Below, in pieces: positions 9,644 through 18,210 of a stretch of 64,000 bases of DNA (within the stretch, counting starts at the first letter, position 1; every line of letters begins with the position of its first letter). Origin of the DNA: Candidatus Krumholzibacteriota bacterium. Lineage in GTDB: Bacteria; Krumholzibacteriota; Krumholzibacteriia; JAJRXK01. The translations under genes were made by a program, and so were the position numbers. The DNA is taken from contig CAVSGG010000005.1 in assembly GCA_963727455.1 (NCBI GenBank), positions 416,001 through 480,000 on the forward strand, in the 5' to 3' direction. The notes beneath the pieces were generated by a model. It did no database searches, was not told the DNA's origin, and worked only from the letters and a program-made list of their open reading frames with translations.

Positions 9644-10540
9644 ATGAGCATCTTCGTCAACAAGGACACCAGGCTCGTCGTCCAGGGGATCACCGGGCGG
9701 GACGGTTCCTTCCACACCCAGCAGATGATGGACTATGGAACCGCGGTGGTGGCGGGAGTCACTCCCGGCAAGGGCGGACAGTTCTTCCAGGACAAAGTTC
9801 CCATCTTCAACACGGTGCGCGAGGCAGTGGCCGAAACTCAGGCCAACACCAGTGTCATCTACGTGCCCGCGGCCTTCGCCACCGACGCCATCATGGAGGC
9901 GGTAGATGCGGGATGTAAGACCGTCGTGTGTATCTCCGAGGGAGTGCCCGTCAACGACATGGCAGTCACCTACGCCTATGTGAAGGAGAAGGGCGCGCGT
10001 CTGATCGGCCCCAACTGTCCCGGGATCTTGAGCCCGGGCCAGTCCAAGGTCGGGATCCTCCCCGCGCAGATCACCGCCGAGGGCAAAGTGGGAGTGGTAA
10101 GCCGCAGCGGCACGCTGACCTACGAGGTGGTGGATCAGCTGACTCGGAACGGACTGGGGCAAAGCACCTGTATCGGAATCGGAGGGGACCCCATCGTCGG
10201 AACGGATTTTCTGGATTGCCTGACCGCATTCGAGCAAGACCCCCACACCGAAGCGGTGGTGCTGATCGGTGAGATTGGCGGCGACGACGAGGAAAAGGCG
10301 GCCGAGTACATCCAGAAGAACATGACGAAGCCGGTTGTCGCGTTCATCGCGGGCCGCACTGCCCCTCCCGGCAAGCGTATGGGTCACGCCGGGGCCATCG
10401 TGAGTGGGGGCAAGGGAACCGCGGAGAGCAAAGTGGCCGCCTTCGAAGCGGCCGGGGTCAGGGTCGCCGACAAGCCCAGCGACCTCGTGCCGCTGCTGGC
10501 GGAGAGCTATCCACCGGCCAAGGCCGCTCTGAGCCGCTAG
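9644..10540 (+). CDS. sucD: Succinyl-CoA ligase alpha subunit
   Basis: [28 protein letters not shown]. Confidence 0.97.
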   Translation: MSIFVNKDTRLVVQGITGRDGSFHTQQMMDYGTAVVAGVTPGKGGQFFQDKVPIFNTVREAVAETQANTSVIYVPAAFATDAIMEAVDAGCKTVVCISEGVPVNDMAVTYAYVKEKGARLIGPNCPGILSPGQSKVGILPAQITAEGKVGVVSRSGTLTYEVVDQLTRNGLGQSTCIGIGGDPIVGTDFLDCLTAFEQDPHTEAVVLIGEIGGDDEEKAAEYIQKNMTKPVVAFIAGRTAPPGKRMGHAGAIVSGGKGTAESKVAAFEAAGVRVADKPSDLVPLLAESYPPAKAALSR

Positions 10541-10574
10541 ACCCTGGCGGAACCGACCATTTTCGCTGATTCTG

Positions 10575-10598
10575 GGGGCTCCCGTCCGCGGGAGCTCC
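10575..10598. terminator. GC-rich hairpin after sucD (no clear U-tract)
   Basis: ggggctcccg-tccg-cgggagctcc. Confidence 0.35.
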
Positions 10599-10620
10599 TG
10601 TCGTACGAAAGGGAGATGCT

Positions 10621-11028
10621 GTGCAGGATACCTATATGATGATCAAGCCCGAGGCAGTCGAGGCCGGCCAAGTGGGGCGCATCCTGGCGATGGCCGAAAC
10701 CAACGGCTTCAAGCTGTTGAAAATCAAAAGCTTCTCCATGGAGCGCGCCTTGGCCGAGAAGTTCTACGCGGTCCACCGGGAACGGCCTTTTTTCGCCGAT
10801 CTGGTGCAATACATCTGCTCGGGACCCGTGGTGGGGGTGCACTGCCAGCGCGAAGGGGCCGTCTCTCGCATGCGGGAACTCGTGGGGGCTACCAACCCCG
10901 AAGAGGCTTCCTGTGGCACCATTCGCTTTCTTTTCGGCACGGACCTGTCCCACAATGCGGTGCACGCATCCGATTCCCCGCAGAATGCCGCGTTGGAGCT
11001 CGGGCTGATCTTCGGCGGATCTCTTTGA
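10621..11028 (+). CDS. ndk: Nucleoside diphosphate kinase
   Basis: IKPEA, HRERPFF, GATNP, GTIR, NAVHASDS; GTG start after GGGAG. Confidence 0.95.
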   Translation: MQDTYMMIKPEAVEAGQVGRILAMAETNGFKLLKIKSFSMERALAEKFYAVHRERPFFADLVQYICSGPVVGVHCQREGAVSRMRELVGATNPEEASCGTIRFLFGTDLSHNAVHASDSPQNAALELGLIFGGSL

Positions 11029-11052
11029 CATTGGCGAAGGAACGATTACTCT
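11025..11052 (+). promoter_or_regulatory. Putative sigma70 promoter for yceD-rpmF-plsX-fab
   Basis: TTGACA (contains the ndk stop)-N16-TACTCT. Confidence 0.55.
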
Positions 11053-11064
11053 AGGAGCCCTGGT

Positions 11065-11592
11065 TTGAGCGCGGTAGAGCTGAATCTGGACCGTTTGGAA
11101 CGGGGCCGTTCCGTTCTCTCCTTCGACACCGAACTCGTGCGCGAGGCATCCGAAGGCTTGGAGATGGGTGCCAGGGTGGCGCTGGTGGGTGAGCTTGCGG
11201 TCGACGACATGGACCAGAGGATTTTGGTGCATGGCGCGTTTCAGGCGCGACAGAGCGTCGTGTGCGACCGCTGCAACCGCGATTTCGAGCTTGCGACCCC
11301 GGCCGAGCTCGAGCTTATGATTTTGCGGAATCCTTCGCGCGGTGGCGAAGTGGAGGATGCCGAGGATGCGTGGATCATCCACCAACAGCGTGGTGTGATC
11401 TCGCTCGATTTGGCGCTCCTGGAAGCAGTGAATCTGGCGGAGCCCCAGAAGCTGTTGTGCCGCGAAGACTGCAAGGGACTATGTCCGAAGTGTGGCGTGG
11501 ATTGGAACGAGACTAGCTGCGAGTGCACCCACGATGAAGTCGATTCTCGCTGGGCCGCTCTCGAGAAGCTGAAAGACGAAGACCCCGAGTAG
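11065..11592 (+). CDS. yceD: DUF177/YceD family protein
   Basis: CDRC, LCREDCKGLCPKCG, DSRWAAL; upstream of rpmF. Confidence 0.92.
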   Translation: MSAVELNLDRLERGRSVLSFDTELVREASEGLEMGARVALVGELAVDDMDQRILVHGAFQARQSVVCDRCNRDFELATPAELELMILRNPSRGGEVEDAEDAWIIHQQRGVISLDLALLEAVNLAEPQKLLCREDCKGLCPKCGVDWNETSCECTHDEVDSRWAALEKLKDEDPE

Positions 11593-11617
11593 AGGGTCTC
11601 TTTTCGAGGGAGGAACC

Positions 11618-11797
11618 ATGGCGGTACCAAAGAGGAGAAGTTCGAAGGCGCGCAAGCGCAAGCGCCGGACCCATTACACCGTGGTCGCGGCCAATCTGGA
11701 CCGATGCCCGCATTGCGGTGCAGCCCGAGTCAGTCATCGGGTCTGCAAGGAATGCGGACACTACGGCACAGAGCAGGTCATGCAGAGCAGCGAGTGA
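11618..11797 (+). CDS. rpmF: 50S ribosomal protein L32 (59 aa, absent from the ORF track)
   Basis: Translated by hand: MAVPKRRSSKARKRKRRTHY...CPHCG...HRVCKECGHY; GGAGG RBS. Confidence 0.96.
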   Translation: MAVPKRRSSKARKRKRRTHYTVVAANLDRCPHCGAARVSHRVCKECGHYGTEQVMQSSE

Positions 11798-12894
11798 CGC
11801 CCAGGGCCGCGGTGGACTCCTATCCCGAACAACAGATCGCAGTGGACGCCATGGGGGGCGACTTCGGCCCCGAAGTGGTGGTCCAGGGAGCATTGCGCGC
11901 TCTACCCCGACTGGGGGAGGGAGCGCGTCTTGTTTTTTTCGGAGACCACGACGCGGTCATGCGGGAGATCCGCAAGACCGGAGCCCAGCGGAGCGCGGTA
12001 CGCGTCGTTCATGCTCCCGAGTCCATCGAGATGCACGAGTCTCCCGCGGCCGCGGTTCGAAAGAAACGGAGTTCCTCCATCGTCAGCGCCGCGAAAGCCA
12101 TGCGCGAGGGGAGAACGGATGCCTTCGTCTCGGCGGGCAGCACGGGCGCGGTGGTTGCGGCCAACCTCCTCTACGTTGGTCGTTTGCCCGGCGTGCTCCG
12201 GCCGGGAATCGCAACTTTCTGTCCCACCCGCAAGGGCACGGCGCTCTTCGTCGACGTGGGCGCGAACGCGGACTGTAAGCCACAGCATCTAGTCCAGTTT
12301 GCCGCCATGGGACGCATCTACTCCGAGAAAGTTCTTGGAATCGCCAGCCCGCGGGTCGGGCTGTTGAACATCGGGGAAGAGGATTCCAAGGGTAACGAAC
12401 TCTGCCAAGCCGCACACAAGCTCCTGGTGAAACACGAACCCAACTTCATCGGAAACGTGGAAAGTTCCGCCGTCTTTGCCGGAAAGGCCGACGTGATCGT
12501 CACCGACGGCTTCGTGGGAAACATCCTTCTGAAATCGGTGGAGGGATTCGCGGGCTTCCTCATGGGCACCATCAAGCACGAAATCATGCAGAGCATTCGC
12601 GCCCGGGTGGGTGGCTGGATGCTCAAGCGACGTCTGCGTAGCATTTTCGAGGGATTCGATTACGTACAGTACGGCGGCGCGCCGCTTTTGGGCTGCAAGG
12701 GCATCAGCATCATCTGTCACGGAAAGAGCAATGAGGAGGCCATCGCCAACGCGGTTGTCTTCGCCAGCCGGGCGGTGCGAGAGAATCTGGATGAGCTCAT
12801 CCGCGCGGAAGTGGAAGGGGAGGGCTTCGACGACTCTCTGGAGGCCGAGAACGACGCCAAAGATCGCGAGCACCGGGAGGGAAGTAGGAGATGA
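11794..12894 (+). CDS. plsX: Phosphate acyltransferase PlsX
   Basis: IAVDAMGGDFGP, SAGSTGA, DVGANAD, LLNIGEE, DGFVGN, GGAPLLG; GTG start overlapping the rpmF stop (start uncertain). Confidence 0.95.
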   Translation: MTPRAAVDSYPEQQIAVDAMGGDFGPEVVVQGALRALPRLGEGARLVFFGDHDAVMREIRKTGAQRSAVRVVHAPESIEMHESPAAAVRKKRSSSIVSAAKAMREGRTDAFVSAGSTGAVVAANLLYVGRLPGVLRPGIATFCPTRKGTALFVDVGANADCKPQHLVQFAAMGRIYSEKVLGIASPRVGLLNIGEEDSKGNELCQAAHKLLVKHEPNFIGNVESSAVFAGKADVIVTDGFVGNILLKSVEGFAGFLMGTIKHEIMQSIRARVGGWMLKRRLRSIFEGFDYVQYGGAPLLGCKGISIICHGKSNEEAIANAVVFASRAVRENLDELIRAEVEGEGFDDSLEAENDAKDREHREGSRR

Positions 12895-13847
12895 TGAACA
12901 ACGCCCTGGGTTTCCTGTTTCCAGGACAGGCCAGTCAGTCCGTGGGCATGGGGAAGGATCTCTTCGACGCCTACCCGCGCGCCAGGGAAGTCTTCCAGCG
13001 GGCGGACGAGGCTCTGGGATTCGGCCTGAGCAAGCTCTGCTTCGAAGGCCCCATGGAGGAGCTGACGCAAACCCGCAATGCTCAGCCCGCGATTCTCGCC
13101 CACAGTCTCGCCGTGCACGCAGTTCTCAAAGAGCGCTTCGAAGTGCAACCGCTCCTCGCCGCCGGTCATTCTCTCGGGGAGATCAGCGCGGCCGCCGCGG
13201 CTCAGGCCGTGAAATTGGAGGACGCAGTGCGCGTGGTGCGCGCGCGAGGGGAGTTGATGTGGGAGGCGGGACAGAGGCAAGAAGGCACGATGGCCGCGGT
13301 GGTGGGTCTGGGTCAGCAAGAGGTCGAGGGGGTCTGCAAGTCGCACAGTGAAGAGGGCCACGGTGTGGTGGTCGTTGCGAATCTAAATAGTCCGGGACAG
13401 CTGGTCATCTCCGGCGACCTAGCCGCGGTGCGATCCGTAGCCGCCCCTCTGAAGGAAGCGGGTGCGCGCAGAGTCTTGCCGTTGAAGGTGAGTGGTGCGT
13501 TTCACTCCCCATTGATGGAGTGCGTGCAGGCGGACTTCGCGCGGGTACTGGAGGAGGTGGAGGTGGCGGATCCTGCCTACGGGATCGTGTCGAACGTCAG
13601 CGCGAAGCCGGTGCACGACGCCTCCGAGATCAAACGGGGGCTGGTGGCGCAGTTGGTCTCTCCGGTGCGCTGGCACGAATCGGTGGCACGGATGATCAAG
13701 AGTGGCATATCGACTTTTCTGGAACTGGGGCCGGGGAACGTGCTCACGAATCTGGGCGCGCGCGATTTCAAGGATGCCGAATTCCTCGCCAGTTCCAGCG
13801 GAGAAGGAGTGGAAAAAATGCTTGCCACTCTTCAAGGGAGCATGTAA
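12891..13847 (+). CDS. fabD: Malonyl-CoA:ACP transacylase
   Basis: FPGQASQ, AQPAI, GHSLGE, SGAFHS, SPVRW. Confidence 0.96.
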   Translation: MMNNALGFLFPGQASQSVGMGKDLFDAYPRAREVFQRADEALGFGLSKLCFEGPMEELTQTRNAQPAILAHSLAVHAVLKERFEVQPLLAAGHSLGEISAAAAAQAVKLEDAVRVVRARGELMWEAGQRQEGTMAAVVGLGQQEVEGVCKSHSEEGHGVVVVANLNSPGQLVISGDLAAVRSVAAPLKEAGARRVLPLKVSGAFHSPLMECVQADFARVLEEVEVADPAYGIVSNVSAKPVHDASEIKRGLVAQLVSPVRWHESVARMIKSGISTFLELGPGNVLTNLGARDFKDAEFLASSSGEGVEKMLATLQGSM

Positions 13848-13919
13848 CGATGGCGACGCTCCCTTCCCCTGACGGGGGAGGGATAGCCTATATCAGGTCA
13901 ACAGCTTAGAGGATTTCAG

Positions 13920-14669
13920 GTGTCTGTGGACCGGGCTCGAGGTGTGGCTCTCGTCACGGGGGCTAGCCAAGGAATTGGAAGGGCGATCGCGGCCCGGCTC
14001 TCACGCGATGGGTACCAACTCGCGTTGGTGGCGCGGCGGGCTGATGTCTTGGCCGATTTCGCGAACTCTCTTAAGGAAGAAGAGGGGCAGGCGGAGTCGT
14101 TCGCGTGTGACGTAACGGACGAAGCAGCAGTCGCGGACACCGTACAGGCCGTTCTGGAGCGGATGGGCTCGATCGATGCCGTGGTGAACAATGCGGGGAT
14201 CGCGAGAGACGCGCTCCTGGTGAGGATGAAGGCAGAGCAGTGGTCGCAAGTCATGCGTACCAATCTGGATGGCTGTTTTCATTTCGTGCGTCATGTGGCG
14301 CCAGTCATGATGAAGGCTCGCAAGGGCCGCATCGTGAACATCAGTTCGGTGATCGGCCAGATGGGGAATGCCGGTCAAGTCAACTATGCGGCCAGCAAGG
14401 CTGGGATCATCGGTCTGACGCTGGCAACGGCCCGGGAACTGGCGGGACGGGGAATCACCGTCAACGCCGTCGCTCCCGGCTTCATCGAGACGGCCATGAC
14501 CGGGGAGCTTCCCGAGAGCGCGGTGAAGGAACTTCAAGCGAAGATTCCTTTGCGGCGCCTGGGACGCCCCGAAGACGTGGCGGCTCTCGTTTCGTTTCTG
14601 CTGTCGGAGGATGCGTCCTATATCACGGGACAAGTTCTCAATTGTGACGGTGGGATGGTGATGGGGTAA
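13920..14669 (+). CDS. fabG: 3-oxoacyl-ACP reductase
   Basis: TGASQGIG, NNAGI, NYAASKAG, APGFIET. Confidence 0.95.
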   Translation: MSVDRARGVALVTGASQGIGRAIAARLSRDGYQLALVARRADVLADFANSLKEEEGQAESFACDVTDEAAVADTVQAVLERMGSIDAVVNNAGIARDALLVRMKAEQWSQVMRTNLDGCFHFVRHVAPVMMKARKGRIVNISSVIGQMGNAGQVNYAASKAGIIGLTLATARELAGRGITVNAVAPGFIETAMTGELPESAVKELQAKIPLRRLGRPEDVAALVSFLLSEDASYITGQVLNCDGGMVMG

Positions 14670-14752
14670 ACCTTCCCCGGAGTGCGCCTTCGGCGCGCTC
14701 GTTGAATCGCAGTACCCGCCCCGAAACGGGGGCCATTCGGAGGTAGATTAGC

Positions 14753-14998
14753 GTGGCTGTTGAAAACATCGAAGCCGAAGTCAAGAAGATCATCGAGGAG
14801 AAGCTCGGCGTGAATGCAGAGCAGATCACGGACGAGGCGTCCTTCATTGATGATCTTGGTGCGGACTCGCTCGACCAGGTCGAGCTGGTCATGGATTTCG
14901 AGGACAAGTTCGAGATCGACATTCCCGACGAGGACGCGGAGAAGATGCGGACGGTCGGCGAGGCGGTCTCCTATCTAACGGAGCGGATCGGGTCCTAG
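14753..14998 (+). CDS. acpP: Acyl carrier protein
   Basis: [23 protein letters not shown]; GGAGG RBS. Confidence 0.97.
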   Translation: MAVENIEAEVKKIIEEKLGVNAEQITDEASFIDDLGADSLDQVELVMDFEDKFEIDIPDEDAEKMRTVGEAVSYLTERIGS

Positions 14999-15035
14999 CG
15001 GAACAACCCGGTCTTCAGCGAGGAAGGATACCGCA

Positions 15036-16274
15036 GTGAAGAGACGACGTGTCGTCATCACTGGTTGCGGCGCCATCTCGCCGGTGGGTATCGGTCTGAG
15101 CGAAACCTGGAACAACCTCTTGGAGGGAGTTCCCGGCGGAGGTCCCATTACGATCTTCGATGCCAGCGACCAGAGCGTGCGCTTGGCGGCGGAGGTCAAG
15201 GACTGGGACCCCAGTCGCTATTTCGAACCCAAGGATGCCCGCAAAATGGACCGCTTCACCCAGTTCGGGGTTGCGGCTGCCGCGGAGGCCATCGAAAACA
15301 GTGGCCTTCCCGTCGACGATCCGTCGCGCGTGGGAGTCATCATCGGCAGCGGCATCGGCGGGATGATCATCTACGAAAAGCAACACGAAGCCCTGCTCAA
15401 AGGTGGGCCGCGGAGGGTATCTCCCTTTTTCATTCCCATGATGATCGGCGATATGGTGGCTGGTCTGGTGTCCATCCGTCATGGTTTGAAGGGACCCAAC
15501 TACTGCACCGTCTCCGCCTGCGCCTCCGGGGCGAACGCCATCGTGGACGCCGCGATGCTGATCGGCACCGGTGTCGCGGATGCGATGATCTGTGGGGGAA
15601 GCGAGGCGACTATCACGAGCATGGCCGTCGCGGGCTTCTCAAACATGAAGGCTCTGTCCTCGCGCAACGATACGCCCGGCACCGCGTCTCGTCCCTTCGA
15701 CAAAACCCGGGATGGATTCGTGATCGGCGAGGGAGCCGGCATCATCGTATTGGAGGAGGCGGAGCGCGCCAAGAAGCGCGGTGCCACCATTCTGGCCGAG
15801 GTAACGGGATGGGGTTTGAGCGCGGATGCGTTCCATATGACAGCTCCCGCTTCTGACGGCAGTGGAGCCGCGAGTGCAATGCGCCACGCGCTGAAGAGCG
15901 CTGAGCTCGATCCTTCCGCGATCGACTACATCAATGCCCATGGAACTTCGACTCCCCTCAACGACAAGATCGAAGTTCACGCCGTGAAAGAAGTCTTCAA
16001 AGACCACGCGTACAAATTGAAAATGGGCTCCACGAAATCGATGACCGGTCACCTTCTGGGCGCGGCTGGTGGGCTGGAGGCGGTCATCTGCGCTCTGGCC
16101 ATTCAGAGCGGACGGATCCCACCTACGATCAATCTCGAAGAGCCAGACCCCGACTGCGATCTGGATCACGTGAGCGACGGTCCGGTGAAGATGGATCTAG
16201 AGCACGTGCTGACCAACAGTTTCGGCTTCGGGGGGCACAACGTGGCCTTGATCTTGAGCCGCTACCAGAGCTAG
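15036..16274 (+). CDS. fabF: Beta-ketoacyl-ACP synthase II
   Basis: RRVVITG, SACASG, NAHGTST, GHLLGAAG, NSFGFGG. Confidence 0.96.
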   Translation: MKRRRVVITGCGAISPVGIGLSETWNNLLEGVPGGGPITIFDASDQSVRLAAEVKDWDPSRYFEPKDARKMDRFTQFGVAAAAEAIENSGLPVDDPSRVGVIIGSGIGGMIIYEKQHEALLKGGPRRVSPFFIPMMIGDMVAGLVSIRHGLKGPNYCTVSACASGANAIVDAAMLIGTGVADAMICGGSEATITSMAVAGFSNMKALSSRNDTPGTASRPFDKTRDGFVIGEGAGIIVLEEAERAKKRGATILAEVTGWGLSADAFHMTAPASDGSGAASAMRHALKSAELDPSAIDYINAHGTSTPLNDKIEVHAVKEVFKDHAYKLKMGSTKSMTGHLLGAAGGLEAVICALAIQSGRIPPTINLEEPDPDCDLDHVSDGPVKMDLEHVLTNSFGFGGHNVALILSRYQS

Positions 16275-16292
16275 TGGGAGGAAAGGAGAGCG

Positions 16293-17111
16293 ATGGGGAG
16301 CAGAGCGGCCTCGTGGTTTCGCGGCCTCTGGTCTCGCACCGGCATCCCTCTCTTTCGATCGGGATCGGATGGCGACCTGGCTCCCGGCCAGGCGGAATTG
16401 GAACGGAAGTTGGGTTACCACTTTCGTGATCCCAGTCTCCTTTCCAAGGCTCTCACCCACCGCAGCTACGTCCACGTGATGGGTCAGTCCCGCATTCAGA
16501 GCAACGAGAGGCTCGAGTTCCTGGGCGACGCCGTTTTGGGCCTGGTGGTGAACGAGTACCTGTGCCGACGCTTCCTCAAGAAGGAGGAAGGCGATCTCAC
16601 GAAGATCAAGTCCCTGCTGGTCTGTGGACCGACCTTGACCAAGATCGCCGAGCGACTCGGACTGGGAAAACACCTTCTTCTCTCGAGGAGTGAAGAGAGC
16701 ACCGGCGGGAGGCACCGGGATTCCATCCTCGCTGACGCGATGGAGGCCGTCCTTGGAGCGCTCTATCTGGACGGCGGACTCACTCCTGCCTCGCGGGTCG
16801 TGCACGAACAGGTGCTGATCAACGTGAACGACACCATCCACGAACGGACAGGACGCAACTACAAGAGTCTTCTGCAGGAGACGCTGCAGGCGCAGTACAA
16901 GATGGCGCCTCGCTACCGGGTCTCGACCACCAGCGGTCCCGACCACGCACGCCGTTTCACGGTGAAGGTGAGCTTGAAGGGGGCGGTGCTCGGGGTGGGC
17001 TCGGGCAACTCGAAAAAGCAGGCCGAGCAACGTGCGGCCGAAATCGCATTGACCCGCCTGGACGAACTCTCGGGAGTTTTAGATTCTCCTCTCCAGAACG
17101 GGGAGAACTAG
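16293..17111 (+). CDS. rnc: Ribonuclease III
   Basis: ALTHRS, NERLEFLGDAVL, dsRBD (NYKSLLQE...SKKQAEQ). Confidence 0.96.
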   Translation: MGSRAASWFRGLWSRTGIPLFRSGSDGDLAPGQAELERKLGYHFRDPSLLSKALTHRSYVHVMGQSRIQSNERLEFLGDAVLGLVVNEYLCRRFLKKEEGDLTKIKSLLVCGPTLTKIAERLGLGKHLLLSRSEESTGGRHRDSILADAMEAVLGALYLDGGLTPASRVVHEQVLINVNDTIHERTGRNYKSLLQETLQAQYKMAPRYRVSTTSGPDHARRFTVKVSLKGAVLGVGSGNSKKQAEQRAAEIALTRLDELSGVLDSPLQNGEN

Positions 17112-17115
17112 GGTC

Positions 17116-17131
17116 TGGCACGCCCCCTGCT
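17116..17131 (+). promoter_or_regulatory. Putative sigma54 -24/-12 promoter
   Basis: TGGCAC-GCCCC-CTGCT, exact GG-N10-GC spacing, 36 nt before the ATG at 17168. Confidence 0.6.
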
Positions 17132-17167
17132 GCCGAAGATGGGGGAGCAGGCTCAAAGAGAATCCAG

Positions 17168-17656
17168 ATGAATAAACCTACTAAACCACCTGTGAATACG
17201 CACTTTACGCATGGTGCTCCATATGAGGCACTGTGCGAGGTGTGCTCTCTGCCCTGTGGTTTTGAGGCATGTGGGGAGACTTGCCACCGGCGCCACTTCC
17301 TGATGGGCGCCCTGCAGTGCTCCTATTTCTTCCGCGGATACTGCTTCCTGGTGGACGTCGAGGGCTGCGCTTTCGACAACGGCGCGAAGACCGAGAACTA
17401 CTGGCTCGGGTTGATTCGCGACTACGTCCACAACCTCAAGGGTCAGGAAGAGGACGAGAGTTTCCTGAAGGCCAAGGAGCAGTCGATTCGCTATCTTGAG
17501 GAACAGATCGAGCTCAAGAACGTTTATCTCTGCCGCTATGTGGAAGAGCAATACAATCTTGCTCTGCAGAGCGGTGGAAGCGCGAGCGAAGAAGACCTGG
17601 AGCACCTCGACACTGCCTACGAGCAGCTCATGAGTGGCGCCAAGCGCAAGCCGTAG
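17168..17656 (+). CDS. Hypothetical Cys-rich protein
   Basis: 162 aa filling the rnc-mog gap; CxxCxxxCxxxxCxxxCH cluster plus more Cys; acidic helical C-terminus. Confidence 0.75.
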   Translation: MNKPTKPPVNTHFTHGAPYEALCEVCSLPCGFEACGETCHRRHFLMGALQCSYFFRGYCFLVDVEGCAFDNGAKTENYWLGLIRDYVHNLKGQEEDESFLKAKEQSIRYLEEQIELKNVYLCRYVEEQYNLALQSGGSASEEDLEHLDTAYEQLMSGAKRKP

Positions 17657-17676
17657 GAACCCGAAAGCCTCTGACT

Positions 17677-18210
17677 TTGAACTCTCCATCCTCCATTCTC
17701 ACCGCTCGCGTGTTGACCGTGAGCGATCGTTGTGCCCGAGGGGAGAGTCCCGACAAAAGTGGCCCCTTGCTCGAGCGGCGACTGGACGAGCTGGGCTACC
17801 AAGTTCTCGGCCTCGAGCTGATTTGTGACGGCAAAGAGACGGTAAGCCAGAAGCTGCGCGAGATCTGTGCCCGTCGCGATGCCCGCTTGATTCTCACCAC
17901 CGGAGGCAGTGGACTGGCTCCACGCGACGAAACCCCGGAGGGAACTCTCGCGGTGGCGGAACGGCTCGTGCCCGGGCTCATGGAGGCCGCGCGTAGGGCT
18001 TGCAGCGCCATTACTCCGCTCGCAGCCCTGAGCCGGGGAGTGGCGGGGATTCGGGGAGAATCCCTCATCGTGAACCTGCCGGGACACCCCAAGGCCGCTT
18101 TGGAGACTCTGGATTCCATTCAGGAACTCTTGCCCCATGCGCTAGAAATTCTCGGCGTACCGGGCGAATGCGATCGAACCGGTCGTGGAGAGGGGAGCTC
18201 CCGCTCATGA
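17677..18210 (+). CDS. MogA/MoaB family molybdopterin adenylyltransferase
   Basis: LTVSDR, TTGGSG..PRD.TPE, SRGVAG, NLPG. Confidence 0.9.
   Translation: MNSPSSILTARVLTVSDRCARGESPDKSGPLLERRLDELGYQVLGLELICDGKETVSQKLREICARRDARLILTTGGSGLAPRDETPEGTLAVAERLVPGLMEAARRACSAITPLAALSRGVAGIRGESLIVNLPGHPKAALETLDSIQELLPHALEILGVPGECDRTGRGEGSSRS

Noticed and set aside
10549-10574. GGAACC...TCTG before ndk as a third ECF promoter
   Set aside because: Lacks the CGTA -10 element shared by the other two sites
18000-18206. Extended ORF starts in the track (TPR 18000, accB 26287, accC 28303, 34508, bamD 35325, lpxD 52520, plsX 11704)
   Set aside because: They overlap upstream genes or regulatory DNA; downstream starts with an RBS, signal peptide or family-typical N-terminus fit better
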